64,000 nt of DNA. Source: Neoechinorhynchus agilis. Its lineage: Eukaryota > Animalia > Acanthocephala. Under the pieces are notes generated by a model. The model worked only from the letters and a program-made list of their open reading frames with translations. It had not been told where the DNA came from and did not search any database. The stretch lies in assembly GCA_051530055.1 (NCBI GenBank), contig CM121341.1, positions 15,602,784-15,666,783 on the forward strand, in the 5' to 3' direction. A program made the position numbers and the translations under genes. Shown here piece after piece: positions 49,130 through 59,919 of this stretch (positions are counted from its first letter, which is position 1; every line of letters starts with the position of its first letter).

Positions 49130-51651
49130 AGATTCACACTGCATCCCGAAACAACCATAGTTTCAAAGAATCCCCTACAAAGAATTGGAATGCACCACGA
49201 TTACAGCATCCCGAGAAATCATTCGTTTCAAAGAATGCTCGACATTCAACTCATACCGATCGGAATAAAGTGTCGCTTTAAATAAAAGTCAATTGACCAC
49301 TCCCAATTTATTTTAATACTTCTAACGGAGCTAGATTCGGCATTGTATTTCAAGGGATCGCTGTTTTCACATCTCGACTTTAACCAAGACGACCACATCA
49401 AATAGCGTTCATTTGGGGAGTTCTATTTGCCGCTGATCTTTTGAAGATTTTTAAACCCAGGTTTATTTCAATAAATTGATCGGAAGTTGTCATAGCGACC
49501 AATCGGAAAATGATTCGATTTCAAGGACTTCGTTACCCGAGTCTAACATGGAAATGTTATTCAGGATTTAAATCTCTGCTGTAATTCGCGATCTTTGTGC
49601 TCACTGGCGGCATTTCTGCTCGACCTTCGATGATCGAGTAAAACCGATTGCAATCAGTAAAGTGTCTTTTCTTTTAAATTCATGTGAAAACTTCAAATAT
49701 ATTTAAATAATTTTGAAGAAAGTGATTCGGATGGCTATTTCATTCAGAATTCGGTGATATTAAATGTAAAAAAATAAGCTACGAAGAATGCTCTGCTTCA
49801 TTTTTGTAGTTTCTTTAAGATTTTTAATTCATTCGTCAGTTTGAATTGCTATGAAACAAACATTTGACAGTATTAATATGGTGCACTTATTTGCTACTGG
49901 TTATCAACAAAAAATATTTGATTGGCACTAGTGACGAGAATACATTATGTAATCTCATCTAAGTAGATAATTACCCTCGTTCAAAAACTGCGAGGTGAAC
50001 ACTGTTTTCAGCATTGTCTAAGTTTGCTAAAAGAAATGGATAACCAAGATAATGTAAACGGCGAACGTCAGTTCCGTCTTAACGTTCGAGAAGCTCTTCG
50101 TGATATTACGAACGATAAATCAATGCATTTAATACGTGTATTTCAAAGGTTTCTCCGGGAGACGTTACGTGAAGTAGACGAAGAGAACAATGAAGACCAA
50201 GAGGACAATGAGGACGACGAAGACGAGGAGTACAATGAAGACCAAGGGGACGACGAAGACGAGGAGTATAACGAAGACGAGGAGTATAATGAAGACGAGG
50301 AGTATAATGAAGACCAAGGGGACGATGAAGGCCAATGAGGGCGAATTTGACTGATCAAGGATAACCATCGCAGCGCTTGCTGAAAGTTGTGAAAATGTTC
50401 AATGACGCTGACGATAAAATTGTAAATATAGTGAACGTCTCCTTTGAATACCGCCCAAAATTCACTTCGATGTTTGTTTTTCTACCGATATTCACATAAA
50501 ATCACATCTTGCATTGTATATGTGTTCTAAAAATTTCATTTAATAATAAGCTACGCAACCGAGAAAATATTCTGTTCAAATATATTGCCTAAGATCAGTT
50601 ACTATCTTATGCTTATTTTATTAAATTAAAGATTTGAAAATAATTTTCAATAAATTTAACACATTCGGCATTTTTTATTTGAAGACAAATTGAAAATCAG
50701 GTATATGATATTAGTGATGATAGCTTTGATTAGTTTAAATCGGTAAAAAATTCCCATCCGCGCAAATGTTTGCACGTTTCACAAGATTTCTGCATTCTAC
50801 AACTTTGTACTTATTGTAAACAGAAAGCATTGTAAAATTTAAGCCTGGTTGTTAATTGGATTTGATGGCCGGTATTCATTAAATGGTTTACGTCCACGTT
50901 ACATCTGCTCGCTGATGACTCGGAATATAGTATTCTGATGTTCTTGCATCTGGTTGGAATTGGGGTCTTCTGTCCATTATCTTAGCCAGAAAACGATTTA
51001 ATCGGGTGGCCGTAATTATCTCCGTTAAATTGACGTTGATTAAGAGTAGCGATTTTATCGTTGAATCCTTATAAGTTGCAATCAATGGTTCGAAGTTTAC
51101 AGCAAAGTTGAACAAAGTAAGTGTTTAGCTCGTTAGTTCGAGGTACCAAGTTATGCACGATCTATACAATTCGAGTTCAATATTATGCTGCAGTGCGTTC
51201 TGCGGCCAATCAGCGCGAGAGATTACGATCAAATATGCTATGTAGCCAATTACAGCACGAGCTCTGAAAACCGCCTCTCCAGCACTTAATAAACCCGTTG
51301 GGATTCGACGATAACATATGCTGCCCAAATCAGACTCTCAAAACCACATGAAATTTATTCATCATTCCGAATGAGATGAGATTACTAGAAAAACCACGGC
51401 AAATTGTTTAAATTCTCGCTTTTGTTTGGAAAACATCCGGGCCTCTTTTGGACTAATTATATAAGAAAGGGAAATGCTTTCAAAATCTTAACAGCGTATT
51501 GACTGTTGCATCCATAAATAAGCTAGTCAAATCTCGCTTTAAATCAAACGGGTTTTGCAATTTATTCTAATTTTTCTCTACAGATCCGAATCAAATACTT
51601 TAGTTGAATTGTAAATAAAACACGGCCTATGAAAGTAAAATATAAAGTTGT
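49130..51651 (+). repeat. Long inverted duplication, right arm
   Basis: Reverse complement of 36960-39500; outer end ...aaatataaagttgt. Confidence 0.92.
50036..50338 (+). CDS. Hypothetical acidic-repeat protein, second copy
   Basis: One amino-acid difference from 38273-38575 (REAL vs RETL). Confidence 0.4.
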   Translation: MDNQDNVNGERQFRLNVREALRDITNDKSMHLIRVFQRFLRETLREVDEENNEDQEDNEDDEDEEYNEDQGDDEDEEYNEDEEYNEDEEYNEDQGDDEGQ

Positions 51652-51699
51652 ATAAAACGTGTTATCAACTCGATACCCGAGTTTATGTTTTAAGCGGAA

Positions 51700-52135
51700 C
51701 ATTTAAGTTTGTAGCAGGGCGAGGCATTACAAGAAAACCTTAAATGGAATGCCCACATTTCATTTACCTTCCCTAAAGCAAACCCTCGTCTTTACCTTCT
51801 CAAACTCCTCCGGCGTCTCGGCGTATCCCCTAAACACCATGCCCACTTTTATCTTTCTGCCATCCTTCCTATCCTTACATACGCTTTCCCCACTTTCCTC
51901 GCCCTCTCCGTCAATGCTCTCCATTCCCTCGAGACCTTCCACAAGAGAGAAATGAGAATATGCGGGACTTCACTCCCTCCACTCGACGCCCACCTCCACT
52001 CCATTTTCTCCGAAAACGCCCTCCGTCTTCTTCAACCCCCTCCACAGCAAATTCCTCTATAAACATTAACCACATACTTTCCCACCCGACTGCATTCTCG
52101 AACAGCACAACTCCGCACGCCATTATTTAATCGCA
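51700..52135 (+). mobile_element. L2/CR1-like LINE 3' end
   Basis: 52047-52135 matches 3090-3180 (FSNSTTPHAII then atttaatcgc). Confidence 0.7.
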
Positions 52136-52254
52136 AAAATATATGGTCTAAAAATTGTTAAATGTCAACGCTAGTTATTATATCAATTGCAAATGTTCTA
52201 GAAATTGTAAAGAAATTATTCATTGTAGTTTCAGTTTCGCCAATTGAAACTGTT

Positions 52255-54186
52255 TTAGAAATCAAAAACGATTTTTAAGTTTGTTCCATTAACGTTTATT
52301 TGCAAAATTGATTTCATTTTGAAGAACGGGGCGTTAAATAGTACGAAAATTGGATTGTTTGACACGTCCAATAGTGTTAAACTTTTTAATTCAGACAGAT
52401 CTTTCGAAGGTACCGAATGAAGTCCATTATTTGAAAGGCTAAGGAAAATTAAGTTGTTCAAACCACGAAAAGAATTTTCATTGTCCATATCGTTAAGCTT
52501 GTTATGACTAAGATCCAACGCGATCAGTTTTCTCAAACGGGCAAAGGTGCCACGAAGTATGTTTTCGATTTGGTTGAATTGAAGGCTTAGAAATTTTAGG
52601 TCTCCGAGACCGATAAAGTCATTACGATCAACATGTGAGATTTCGTTGTGGCTCATATCAATTGATCTGACGGCCGTGTATCCATCAAAATTATAGATAT
52701 CCTTTATAGCTTTCAAGCCAAGTGAGGATGCGTTCAATACAAAGCAGGTCATATTTTCTGAAGGTTGCACAGGAAAATTTAAGGCTGTCGCAATAGATTT
52801 TGGAATTTCATCAATTCGCTGCGTCATATCCATTTTTGCCCTTATAGCTCGAACCTTGTCGTACGTTGCAGTCGAAATGCTGTTATTAAACATCTCCATA
52901 TATCCCACTCGGTTTTTGCCATTTTTATTAATTACTAGTTCGCCAACATGGTTTTCCGCTATTGACAAATAACCAATATGTGGAAGATTTTCAATTAATT
53001 CGGGATTGAACGATTCCAAATAATTTTCAGCCAACAATAACACCTTTAGATTGACATTATTTTTGAAGAGGTTTTGTGGTAGGTCATTGATTCTGTTTCC
53101 GCTTAGAAAGAGAGATGTTAATTCTCTTAAGTTCCACAATGCCTCTTCATCAATCACTTCGATGTCATTGTACGACAAATCAAGTTTCCTAAGACTTTGC
53201 CAATGGTATAGGTCGTTCGAACGCAACGCGGAAATTCGATTGCCCTTAAAGTTAAGCGATACCATGTTTGCTCTTGTAAACGAATTACCTTTTGGAACAT
53301 TTTGCAAATTCGCTTCCAAAATACCAAAGTGCTGAATATTCGGTGCCATTTCTAGCATACGAGAGTTGATAAAGCTGGTAGTTCCACCGTGAAGCATAAG
53401 CTTGCACAGCTTGAGAAAGCTACAATTTTGCTTGAAGAAATCTGCTAGATCACCAGAATTCGAAAATTCCAAAGAGCGCATATTATCCGGTTTAATATAA
53501 AATGATTTAAGTGGATTGCCATACACGCTGACTTCCTCAAGCTTTGTTAAGATTGAACCATCACTGAATTTTGCATTCTCGATGAGATTGTTGGACACAT
53601 CGAGAGTTTTCAAATTACTCATTTTTGCGATTATCTCAAAGCTATCGTCCTTCAAACGATTGTTGGAAAGGATGAGAGTATGCAATTGCGGCAAATGGGC
53701 ATTCATTCTTAAGCCTAGCCGGTATATCTCATTTTCCTTTAAATTAAGTTCCTCGAGATTGTGAAATCCCTGAAATGCGTCATCTTCGATCCTTTTTATC
53801 AGTCCGTTTTGGATGCGAAGCTTTTTGAGATGTTTGAACCTTCTCATCGCAGATTTGGTCAGAGTTGACAGTTCATTGTATTGTACGTCTGGCTTAAAAA
53901 CGAACGCGTCATTGTGAGGAATAATAAAAGCCAAATCGATTGGAATCTCGTTCAAATGTGCACCTTCAACTATAATACTGTTAGCTTTGGGCTTCTCTCT
54001 TACACACATGATCAGGTCAATTAGCGGTGATCCGATAATTCCCGTTCCACAATAAATGAAAATTTTATAACCTTTGTTGGCACCGAACTGAGCACATTGA
54101 TGTTCCACTTCGTCGCCATTGACCAATGCAGATAGCAACAAATATGTTACCAATGTGCCCGACAAGAAGGAACGCGTCGAGAACAT
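52255..54186 (-). CDS. Intact intronless secreted leucine-rich-repeat protein, 643 aa
   Basis: Hydrophobic N-terminal signal-like peptide, two blocks of LxxLxLxxN repeats (LEELNLKENEI, LRKLDLSYNDI, LKFLSLQFNQI) separated by a Cys-containing linker; no TM or TIR. Confidence 0.88.
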   Translation of the reverse strand: MFSTRSFLSGTLVTYLLLSALVNGDEVEHQCAQFGANKGYKIFIYCGTGIIGSPLIDLIMCVREKPKANSIIVEGAHLNEIPIDLAFIIPHNDAFVFKPDVQYNELSTLTKSAMRRFKHLKKLRIQNGLIKRIEDDAFQGFHNLEELNLKENEIYRLGLRMNAHLPQLHTLILSNNRLKDDSFEIIAKMSNLKTLDVSNNLIENAKFSDGSILTKLEEVSVYGNPLKSFYIKPDNMRSLEFSNSGDLADFFKQNCSFLKLCKLMLHGGTTSFINSRMLEMAPNIQHFGILEANLQNVPKGNSFTRANMVSLNFKGNRISALRSNDLYHWQSLRKLDLSYNDIEVIDEEALWNLRELTSLFLSGNRINDLPQNLFKNNVNLKVLLLAENYLESFNPELIENLPHIGYLSIAENHVGELVINKNGKNRVGYMEMFNNSISTATYDKVRAIRAKMDMTQRIDEIPKSIATALNFPVQPSENMTCFVLNASSLGLKAIKDIYNFDGYTAVRSIDMSHNEISHVDRNDFIGLGDLKFLSLQFNQIENILRGTFARLRKLIALDLSHNKLNDMDNENSFRGLNNLIFLSLSNNGLHSVPSKDLSELKSLTLLDVSNNPIFVLFNAPFFKMKSILQINVNGTNLKIVFDF

Positions 54187-54426
54187 TGCACTTAGTTAAG
54201 AAGATTTCTTCAAAAATGCCCAGGTACTTATGGTAATGGTATGAGGTGAGTAACTCCTTTAGCAATGCGTTATCTTTAGAATTCTAAGAAATACACGTTA
54301 CTTTTTGTGAAGAACTCCGTAGTGGTAAATGAACCTACGATGTCAAAAAATTGTACAATCCGTCACGCATTTTGAAACCTATGTAAATGATCAGTTGGTA
54401 GATTGTCGACTGATTTTTCAACGCAT

Positions 54427-54610
54427 TCCGATATTTCGGCAAATTATTGTGCTTTCATCAAGGTTGTTCTCAGAGGAAAATACAAGTAGGCTTTGTACCT
54501 AGGCAGAAGATTGTGCCGAAATATTGGACTTCAAAATAAAATCATTTTAATTTCTTCGCCATAAAACAACCAATATGAAACCAGAATTTCAATCTTCGTG
54601 AACAATGAAA
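54427..54610. mobile_element. MITE family A copy abutting the LRR-duplication breakpoint (approx. right end)
   Basis: ccgatatttcggc...tttcttcgccataaaacaacc; close inverted relative at 55973-56120. Confidence 0.72.
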
Positions 54611-54949
54611 AGCAAATATTCTAACTCGTGGCAAGTTTGTTAACGTGATATTTTTAACGGGAAAGAGATAGTAGATTATTTGAACAACAATCGTTGATTA
54701 AATAGCCATATAAATCATAAAAGCATGAATATTCGTAGGGTATAGAATCGTCTTTAAACTTCTTTGTTTTTAAAGAAAAGCGTCTTCGATCTTATAGCAT
54801 TTTAGGAACTGTGAAAAAAGCAGTAAGATTATTATCGTTTTTTTCGTGCATGTTGATCAGACTAAAGTCGTCTACGTGATCTGATCATCAATCGAGTAGT
54901 CTTATATAGAAAACGATTTCAAATTTCTGTTCCAATTTTTTAACCAATG

Positions 54950-55220
54950 TGTGGCCTTTTATCACAAGGCTGATAATTTTTGGGCACACATCTTACCGAT
55001 TTGGTTCAGAGAAGTAATTCAATTACTCAATGCACTGAACCAGCCGGTACGAGTTTGTACATTCCTCCGGATCCTCAGATACCTCCAGGAAGCGGTACTC
55101 ATCAGTGAGTTTTCTCCCTTCGGCGGTATTTCGTCCCCTTTTGGTTGTGTCGAGGTGGTTAAGTGGAATGACGCCCGCGATCCCGATTAAGGGTCAAGTG
55201 GTTCGAATTCGTTACCCTTA
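54950..55220. mobile_element. tRNA-headed SINE copy: body on minus strand, head inverted on plus strand
   Basis: Head 55150-55220 has A-box TGGTTAAGTGG and B-box GGTTCGAATTC; the body matches 62230-62349. Confidence 0.62.
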
Positions 55221-55972
55221 CATTTAGAATATGGTCCACACGATGAGGCTTATCTTCAGCAGGACCATATTCTAATATAGTAGTAACTTTTTCTGAATTC
55301 AATCTGAATTCATTTGACTCTTTTCCATCTTAGCTCGAACCAACGACCCGCAGTGGATTAAATTTCTCTTTAATCGTCGACACAGGGCTAACGATTACGG
55401 TTTTTGTTTTCAATTTAAAAAATTGGCTTAAATCGACGTGTCAGTTGTTATTTGTTGAAAAATATAACGTTAACAAACTTTTTGTTCACGTAATCATTTA
55501 AGTTATTTTCATTTAAACAAACTGGAATGTAAAAAATTAACCACCGACAAAGATGCAGCGTAAATCGTTTATGCTCCAAGAACGATTGACCACTAGGTTC
55601 TGAGTACAATTTAAACTATTCTATTCTATTTTCCACTAACACAAGATAAGAAACATTATTAGGGATTGTAATACTTTTGCAGAAGTCTCGTTTATTTCCA
55701 ATATGAACAATTGCCTTCTAAATCTTAAATAGTAAAAATAATTAATGTGTTAAACTGTAAAAACGGCTTTCCAGTTTTCAATATTTGTGGTCAAAACTTT
55801 ATTTTGAATTGAGAACCGAAAAAGTACATAAAAAAGCAGAAGCATAAATGTAAACGGATTCGACAAATTAGAAGAGAAAAGTGAGTATGCATTCAGAGGA
55901 CGAAACGCCGGAAAGGAGAAATTCTGACGGACAAACAGTCATTAATGTTTAGTGTCCAGTTAGAATATTCGC

Positions 55973-56175
55973 ATTTCATTGTTCACGGAGATTGAAATTC
56001 TAATTTCATATTGGTTGTTTTATGGCGAAGAAATTAAAATGATTTTATTTTGAAATTCGATATTTCGGCACAATCTTCGTGCCTTGCTAAGAACCTTGAT
56101 GAAAGCACAATAATTTTCCGAAATTTCGGATTTTAAAACAAAATCATTTTAATTTTTCGCCATAAAACAATTAAA
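55973..56175. mobile_element. MITE family A copy, complete foldback (approx.)
   Basis: ttttatggcgaagaaattaaaatgatttt...aaaatcattttaatttttcgccataaaacaa. Confidence 0.72.
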
Positions 56176-56199
56176 TAAAAACTGGTTGGAATTGCAATG

Positions 56200-56690
56200 T
56201 TATGACCTTTCTCTAAATTCCTCATCGTATTAAATATCGTAACGATCAAGCAATCAAGACTTTCTTTAATAACCCGAGTTTCCTTAGTTCGTCGTTCGCA
56301 TTCCTTGCGTGGAATTACACAATCGTTCGGAGTTCCAATATAGCTAGGAAAAGCTTACACAGATTCTGTTTTCCATTATATGCGAAAATTTGTATCATTT
56401 CGGATTCTTCAAACCGATAACTCACAGCACCGCATTTTTCACATTTGTAGCTCAATGAAAAGTGACATTTGTACGATCCGATCGCAGTCAAACAGATATT
56501 AGCAAACTCGACGGGATAATTTTTTAGCAAAGTCATCGATTGTTTGATTTAATGCAATCATCAGGAACTCATTCGCATCGGACTGTCTATTGAAGTTTAT
56601 TCCTTTGACAAAAGTAAGTCGTCGAATATGCCGCTGCATTTTTCGAGCCGTGGTTTGAAGAGTTGGCTTGATCCGATCTAGTAGCGTCGC
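56200..56690 (-). pseudogene. Ubiquitin-specific protease (C19) catalytic-domain fragment, frameshifted
   Basis: NRQSDANEFLMIAL (QQDAxEFL box), YKCEKCGAVSYRFEE (CxxC), then KECERRTKETRVIKESLDCLIVTI, across three frames. Confidence 0.55.
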
Positions 56691-56821
56691 CATTCTTGTT
56701 CGAACATCATCTTGGCAAATGAATTACCGGTAATGCGGTAGCTCATCAAAAATTGCTGTAGCCGCGTATGTCGATCTGTAGCCCCACATCCTCTGATAAC
56801 CGTCTCTTTAAACGTCCGCAC
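56690..56821 (-). mobile_element. Gypsy integrase remnant, continuation of the 5.9/18.4-kb integrase
   Basis: VRTFKETV...LQQFLMSYRIT, which normally follows NGLAERMVR. Confidence 0.72.
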
Positions 56822-56951
56822 TGTTATAATATATGCCTGAACTAGACCTGGAATAGGTTTTATTGAGCCAACGAAACGAAATAACAAAACGAACGTGCGC
56901 ACACTTGAAACCGCCACTATCGATCGATCAATTGTGATGCTCAGTATCACA
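56822..56951 (-). mobile_element. Short LTR, complete TG...CA (130 bp)
   Basis: Minus strand TGTGATACTGAG...CTCAATAAAACC...TATTATAACA. Confidence 0.75.
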
Positions 56952-56999
56952 GGGGGAATTCCGTTCTGGTTGAATATCCTGTAGGGGGATGTCCGTTCT

Positions 57000-57900
57000 G
57001 GTGGGGATTGGTGGTTATTGTATACAGGAGAGCTTGTGAGATTGGTCTTTCCTCTAATTCATTTCAAATAAATATACCCGAGAAGATTGGGCAATAAAGA
57101 AAATGGAGCTTAGCCATAGGGAGATGCGAGGTATAGGAGGGTGAAACCAAAGAAAATTTATGCCGGTAGCCGAATTGTAGGGGTGATAATTTGTTGTTGA
57201 GAAGTGGAAGAGGGCGAGTTTTGAAACATTTTTTCTATAATTTTTGAAAAAGCAGGCAGAATGGATATTTTACGGAATGATTCGGTGGAAATCGGATGTA
57301 CATTTTTCAATCGAGGGATCACTTTAGCAGTTTTCAAGCATGATGATTAGATGCCATATAAAAAGCTGTGATTTATAATGTGGGTAAGAGGATCTATGAT
57401 TTCAGAGATGATGCAGCGAAGAGCCCAGTTTGGGATTTCGGATTGAGAAGACGAATTTCGAGGTAATTTCTTGAGATGTGAAACTAAGAGGAGTATCATA
57501 GAGTTGACAGAAGTGTCAGTTGTGCGAGTGAAAGTTTGTGTGGTGTCTGATGTGGAGCAGTGGTTGCTATTTAAGTCAAGGCAGAGATTCTGATTGATGG
57601 AATCTAGAACCTGTTTTAATTCAGAAGAGGGCAAGTTTGGGAAGGGATGAGGGTTGTGTAGACGTAGAGAGTCCTTGATGGCCCACCACCTTCTTGAATT
57701 TCTACTTGAACGAATTTTGGAGGAAATAAAGTTTTTGCGGGCGACAAGTATTTTGTTAGTTAGAGCTATATGTAAACGCGGAAATTCTGGAGAGTTTTTG
57801 CGATGGGCCTAAGACGCTCGCTTTTGAAGAGGTGGGCTCCGGTCGGAGATAATAATAAATTTCTTGTCACTTGTGTTACCAGAGTGGAATGTGCAAATCA
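57000..57900 (-). mobile_element. L2/CR1-like LINE ORF2 remnant (approx.)
   Basis: LKKLPRNSSSQSEIPNWALRCIISEIIDPLTHIINHSF, paralogous to 1712-1960. Confidence 0.75.
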
Positions 57901-58339
57901 TAAAAGTGCGTCCTTTTTAAGGGTTATCGAAATTGGCTTCATCGGCAATTGTGGTGCGAAGCTCAAATAAAAAAGTTTTAAGCATGATATTTGGGTTAAG
58001 ATTATGTCGTATAATTTGCTTTACTAGAATGTGAAGTTGTACTCATGAATGGTATTTTATAATGAAAACCCCCAAAAAACACAATTCGTATATATGCGTG
58101 TTCATTGAAAATACAATCATTATTAATAGATACATATAGCAGTATGTTTTTATTCGCGTCAAAAAAAGCGATTAAAATATCATAAGAAGATGCCTTTACC
58201 CGATTCACTTACTAGCCCTATCTAATTATTAAATCTTCAATTATAAAAACTTTTGTCGGCTGAACATATCAAAAATATAACCTTTTATCTTTTTAAGTAA
58301 GGCTAGCCGGTTACATTTATTCCGTGTTGAAGTGAGGTC

Positions 58340-58530
58340 TTTTCCACGGTTCATAATTTTTTGTTGGGCATACAGCCAGCCGATATGGTTCAAGGAAGCG
58401 CATCAAATAATTTGAAACCTTTAATCATACGATTATGAGTTTGTACATCCCCTGGATCCTCAGATACTTCAAGAGGAGGTGGGACTCATCAGTGAGTTTC
58501 ATCCCTTCACAAGTATTTCATCCATTTTGC
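58340..58530 (-). mobile_element. SINE family body copy (approx.)
   Basis: agtttgtacatcccctggatcctcagatac...gtgggactcatcagtgagtttc. Confidence 0.62.
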
Positions 58531-58754
58531 TTGTACGTCATTGGTGCTAATGGATATTGAATCCTATAACCTTTTTGTTTAGTTTAATATCCAAAGATGT
58601 TTTTCATAGCTAAAGCGTTTTAATCCTCGTCCAAGAATCAGTTAAGAATTAAAAAGACGAATAGTGCCATCAAAATTTTGAATTTATTACATCTTTCGAT
58701 GTAAACTGTAGATTCGCGAAAAAGTCCTTGTCTAATAATGACAAGGACAAGTGT

Positions 58755-58890
58755 TTGAAGATTGAACAATTCATGCTTGTTTATGAAATAAAAGTAAAAA
58801 GAATTTATTAATTAATATATTTCGGCGCAATCTTGTGCCTTGGAATTAATAAATTCTTTTAACTTTTACGCCATAAGCAAGCATAAGGAC
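58755..58890. mobile_element. MITE family A copy (approx.)
   Basis: ttgaagattgaacaattcatgcttgtttatg...ttttacgccataagcaagcat. Confidence 0.68.
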
Positions 58891-59046
58891 AAGTGTTGAT
58901 TTCGAAGAGTCCCGATCACACGCTCCAATTTGCAAAATAAAAACTGAACAGCTTAATGTCAAATCGAACCTTTTTTGTCCAGTTCAAACATACGTTGTAT
59001 CTTGAAGAGAGAGAAATGCGCAACGAGCTGCATAAAAACATTAACT

Positions 59047-59919
59047 TTAACATCTGTATAGTCGTCCAGGGGGTGCTTTAGGTCCCAAGGCATATTTGTA
59101 ATCGATACATGGTTCAAGCGGATGATAAGGATGCCGACAAAGAACGCAATATTCCATTTTACAAGAAGCAAATCCGCATTGTCCACGTTGATAGGTCAGG
59201 TCTTCCAAAGATTCCCGGGAGCATCGTGGGCATTTGGCTCGTTTGTACTTTCTATTTGAATGAGTTCGATTCAATAACTCACGAACAGGCGATTCTTTAA
59301 CATCATTATCATCATCAACTTTTTTTTCGTTTTGTTCTACTAAGCGATTCATACTGTCCGCTGATAAAACCTCCTTTCTAGATCGCTTAGAATACACTTC
59401 GTTTTGAAGATCACTAAAAACGTTTTCGTCATTTTCTGAATTGCCTAAACGGCGTTTCCGATCAGTTCGCGTGCAAATAGAATCAATCATATTGAGCCAT
59501 TGTCTTGAAACCAATCTCATATTCTTTATATCATCCTGATTTTGGCTAACATTTTTTACAATAGTATCCAGAGCGGCGAACGCGCCCCTGTCACTTAAAC
59601 ATTTCAACACATCCACCCGTCTTTGCTGAGCCACGCAAAGGTGTTTTTTGGCGGGTATACGGATATATTCTGGGATTAGTTGACTAAAGTGACCCGGAGA
59701 TGGTTGTAGAGGTAAATACATTTTAAGCTGGGCAGGCGGATCTTCGGCCACGGGTAGCAAATGATCCTCATCGGAATCTAATGGAAGTTCAATTTGTGCG
59801 GCAAGTTCAAGTGAAAATCTCTCATCCTGTCGATATCTCTTGTTTTCTTTAATCTCGCAAAGTTCATCCTGTTTACGACGTTTTGAACTGTGCCATTTGT
59901 TTTCTTTGTCGTTTTCCAT
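59047..59919 (-). CDS. EMI1/EMI2 (FBXO5/FBXO43, Rca1)-like APC/C inhibitor: F-box + ZBR
   Basis: F-box-like MRLVSRQWLNMI, RKEVL (RxxL D-box-like) and ZBR CPRC...QRGQCGFASCKMEYCVLCRHPYHPLEPC. Confidence 0.75.
   Translation of the reverse strand: MENDKENKWHSSKRRKQDELCEIKENKRYRQDERFSLELAAQIELPLDSDEDHLLPVAEDPPAQLKMYLPLQPSPGHFSQLIPEYIRIPAKKHLCVAQQRRVDVLKCLSDRGAFAALDTIVKNVSQNQDDIKNMRLVSRQWLNMIDSICTRTDRKRRLGNSENDENVFSDLQNEVYSKRSRKEVLSADSMNRLVEQNEKKVDDDNDVKESPVRELLNRTHSNRKYKRAKCPRCSRESLEDLTYQRGQCGFASCKMEYCVLCRHPYHPLEPCIDYKYALGPKAPPGRLYRC

Noticed and set aside
50200-50335. CRISPR-like array
   Set aside because: 18-bp coding tandem units without unique spacers, in a eukaryotic context.
53979-54007. 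29-bp segment missing from LRR copies A and B as a lost intron (retrocopy)
   Set aside because: No register gives a GT...AG 29-mer, and removal frameshifts the gene. A GT microhomology deletion explains it.
55150-55220. Functional tRNA gene
   Set aside because: It has A/B boxes but no pairing acceptor stem or proper anticodon loop, and it is homologous to the SINE head at 62.36-62.40 kb.
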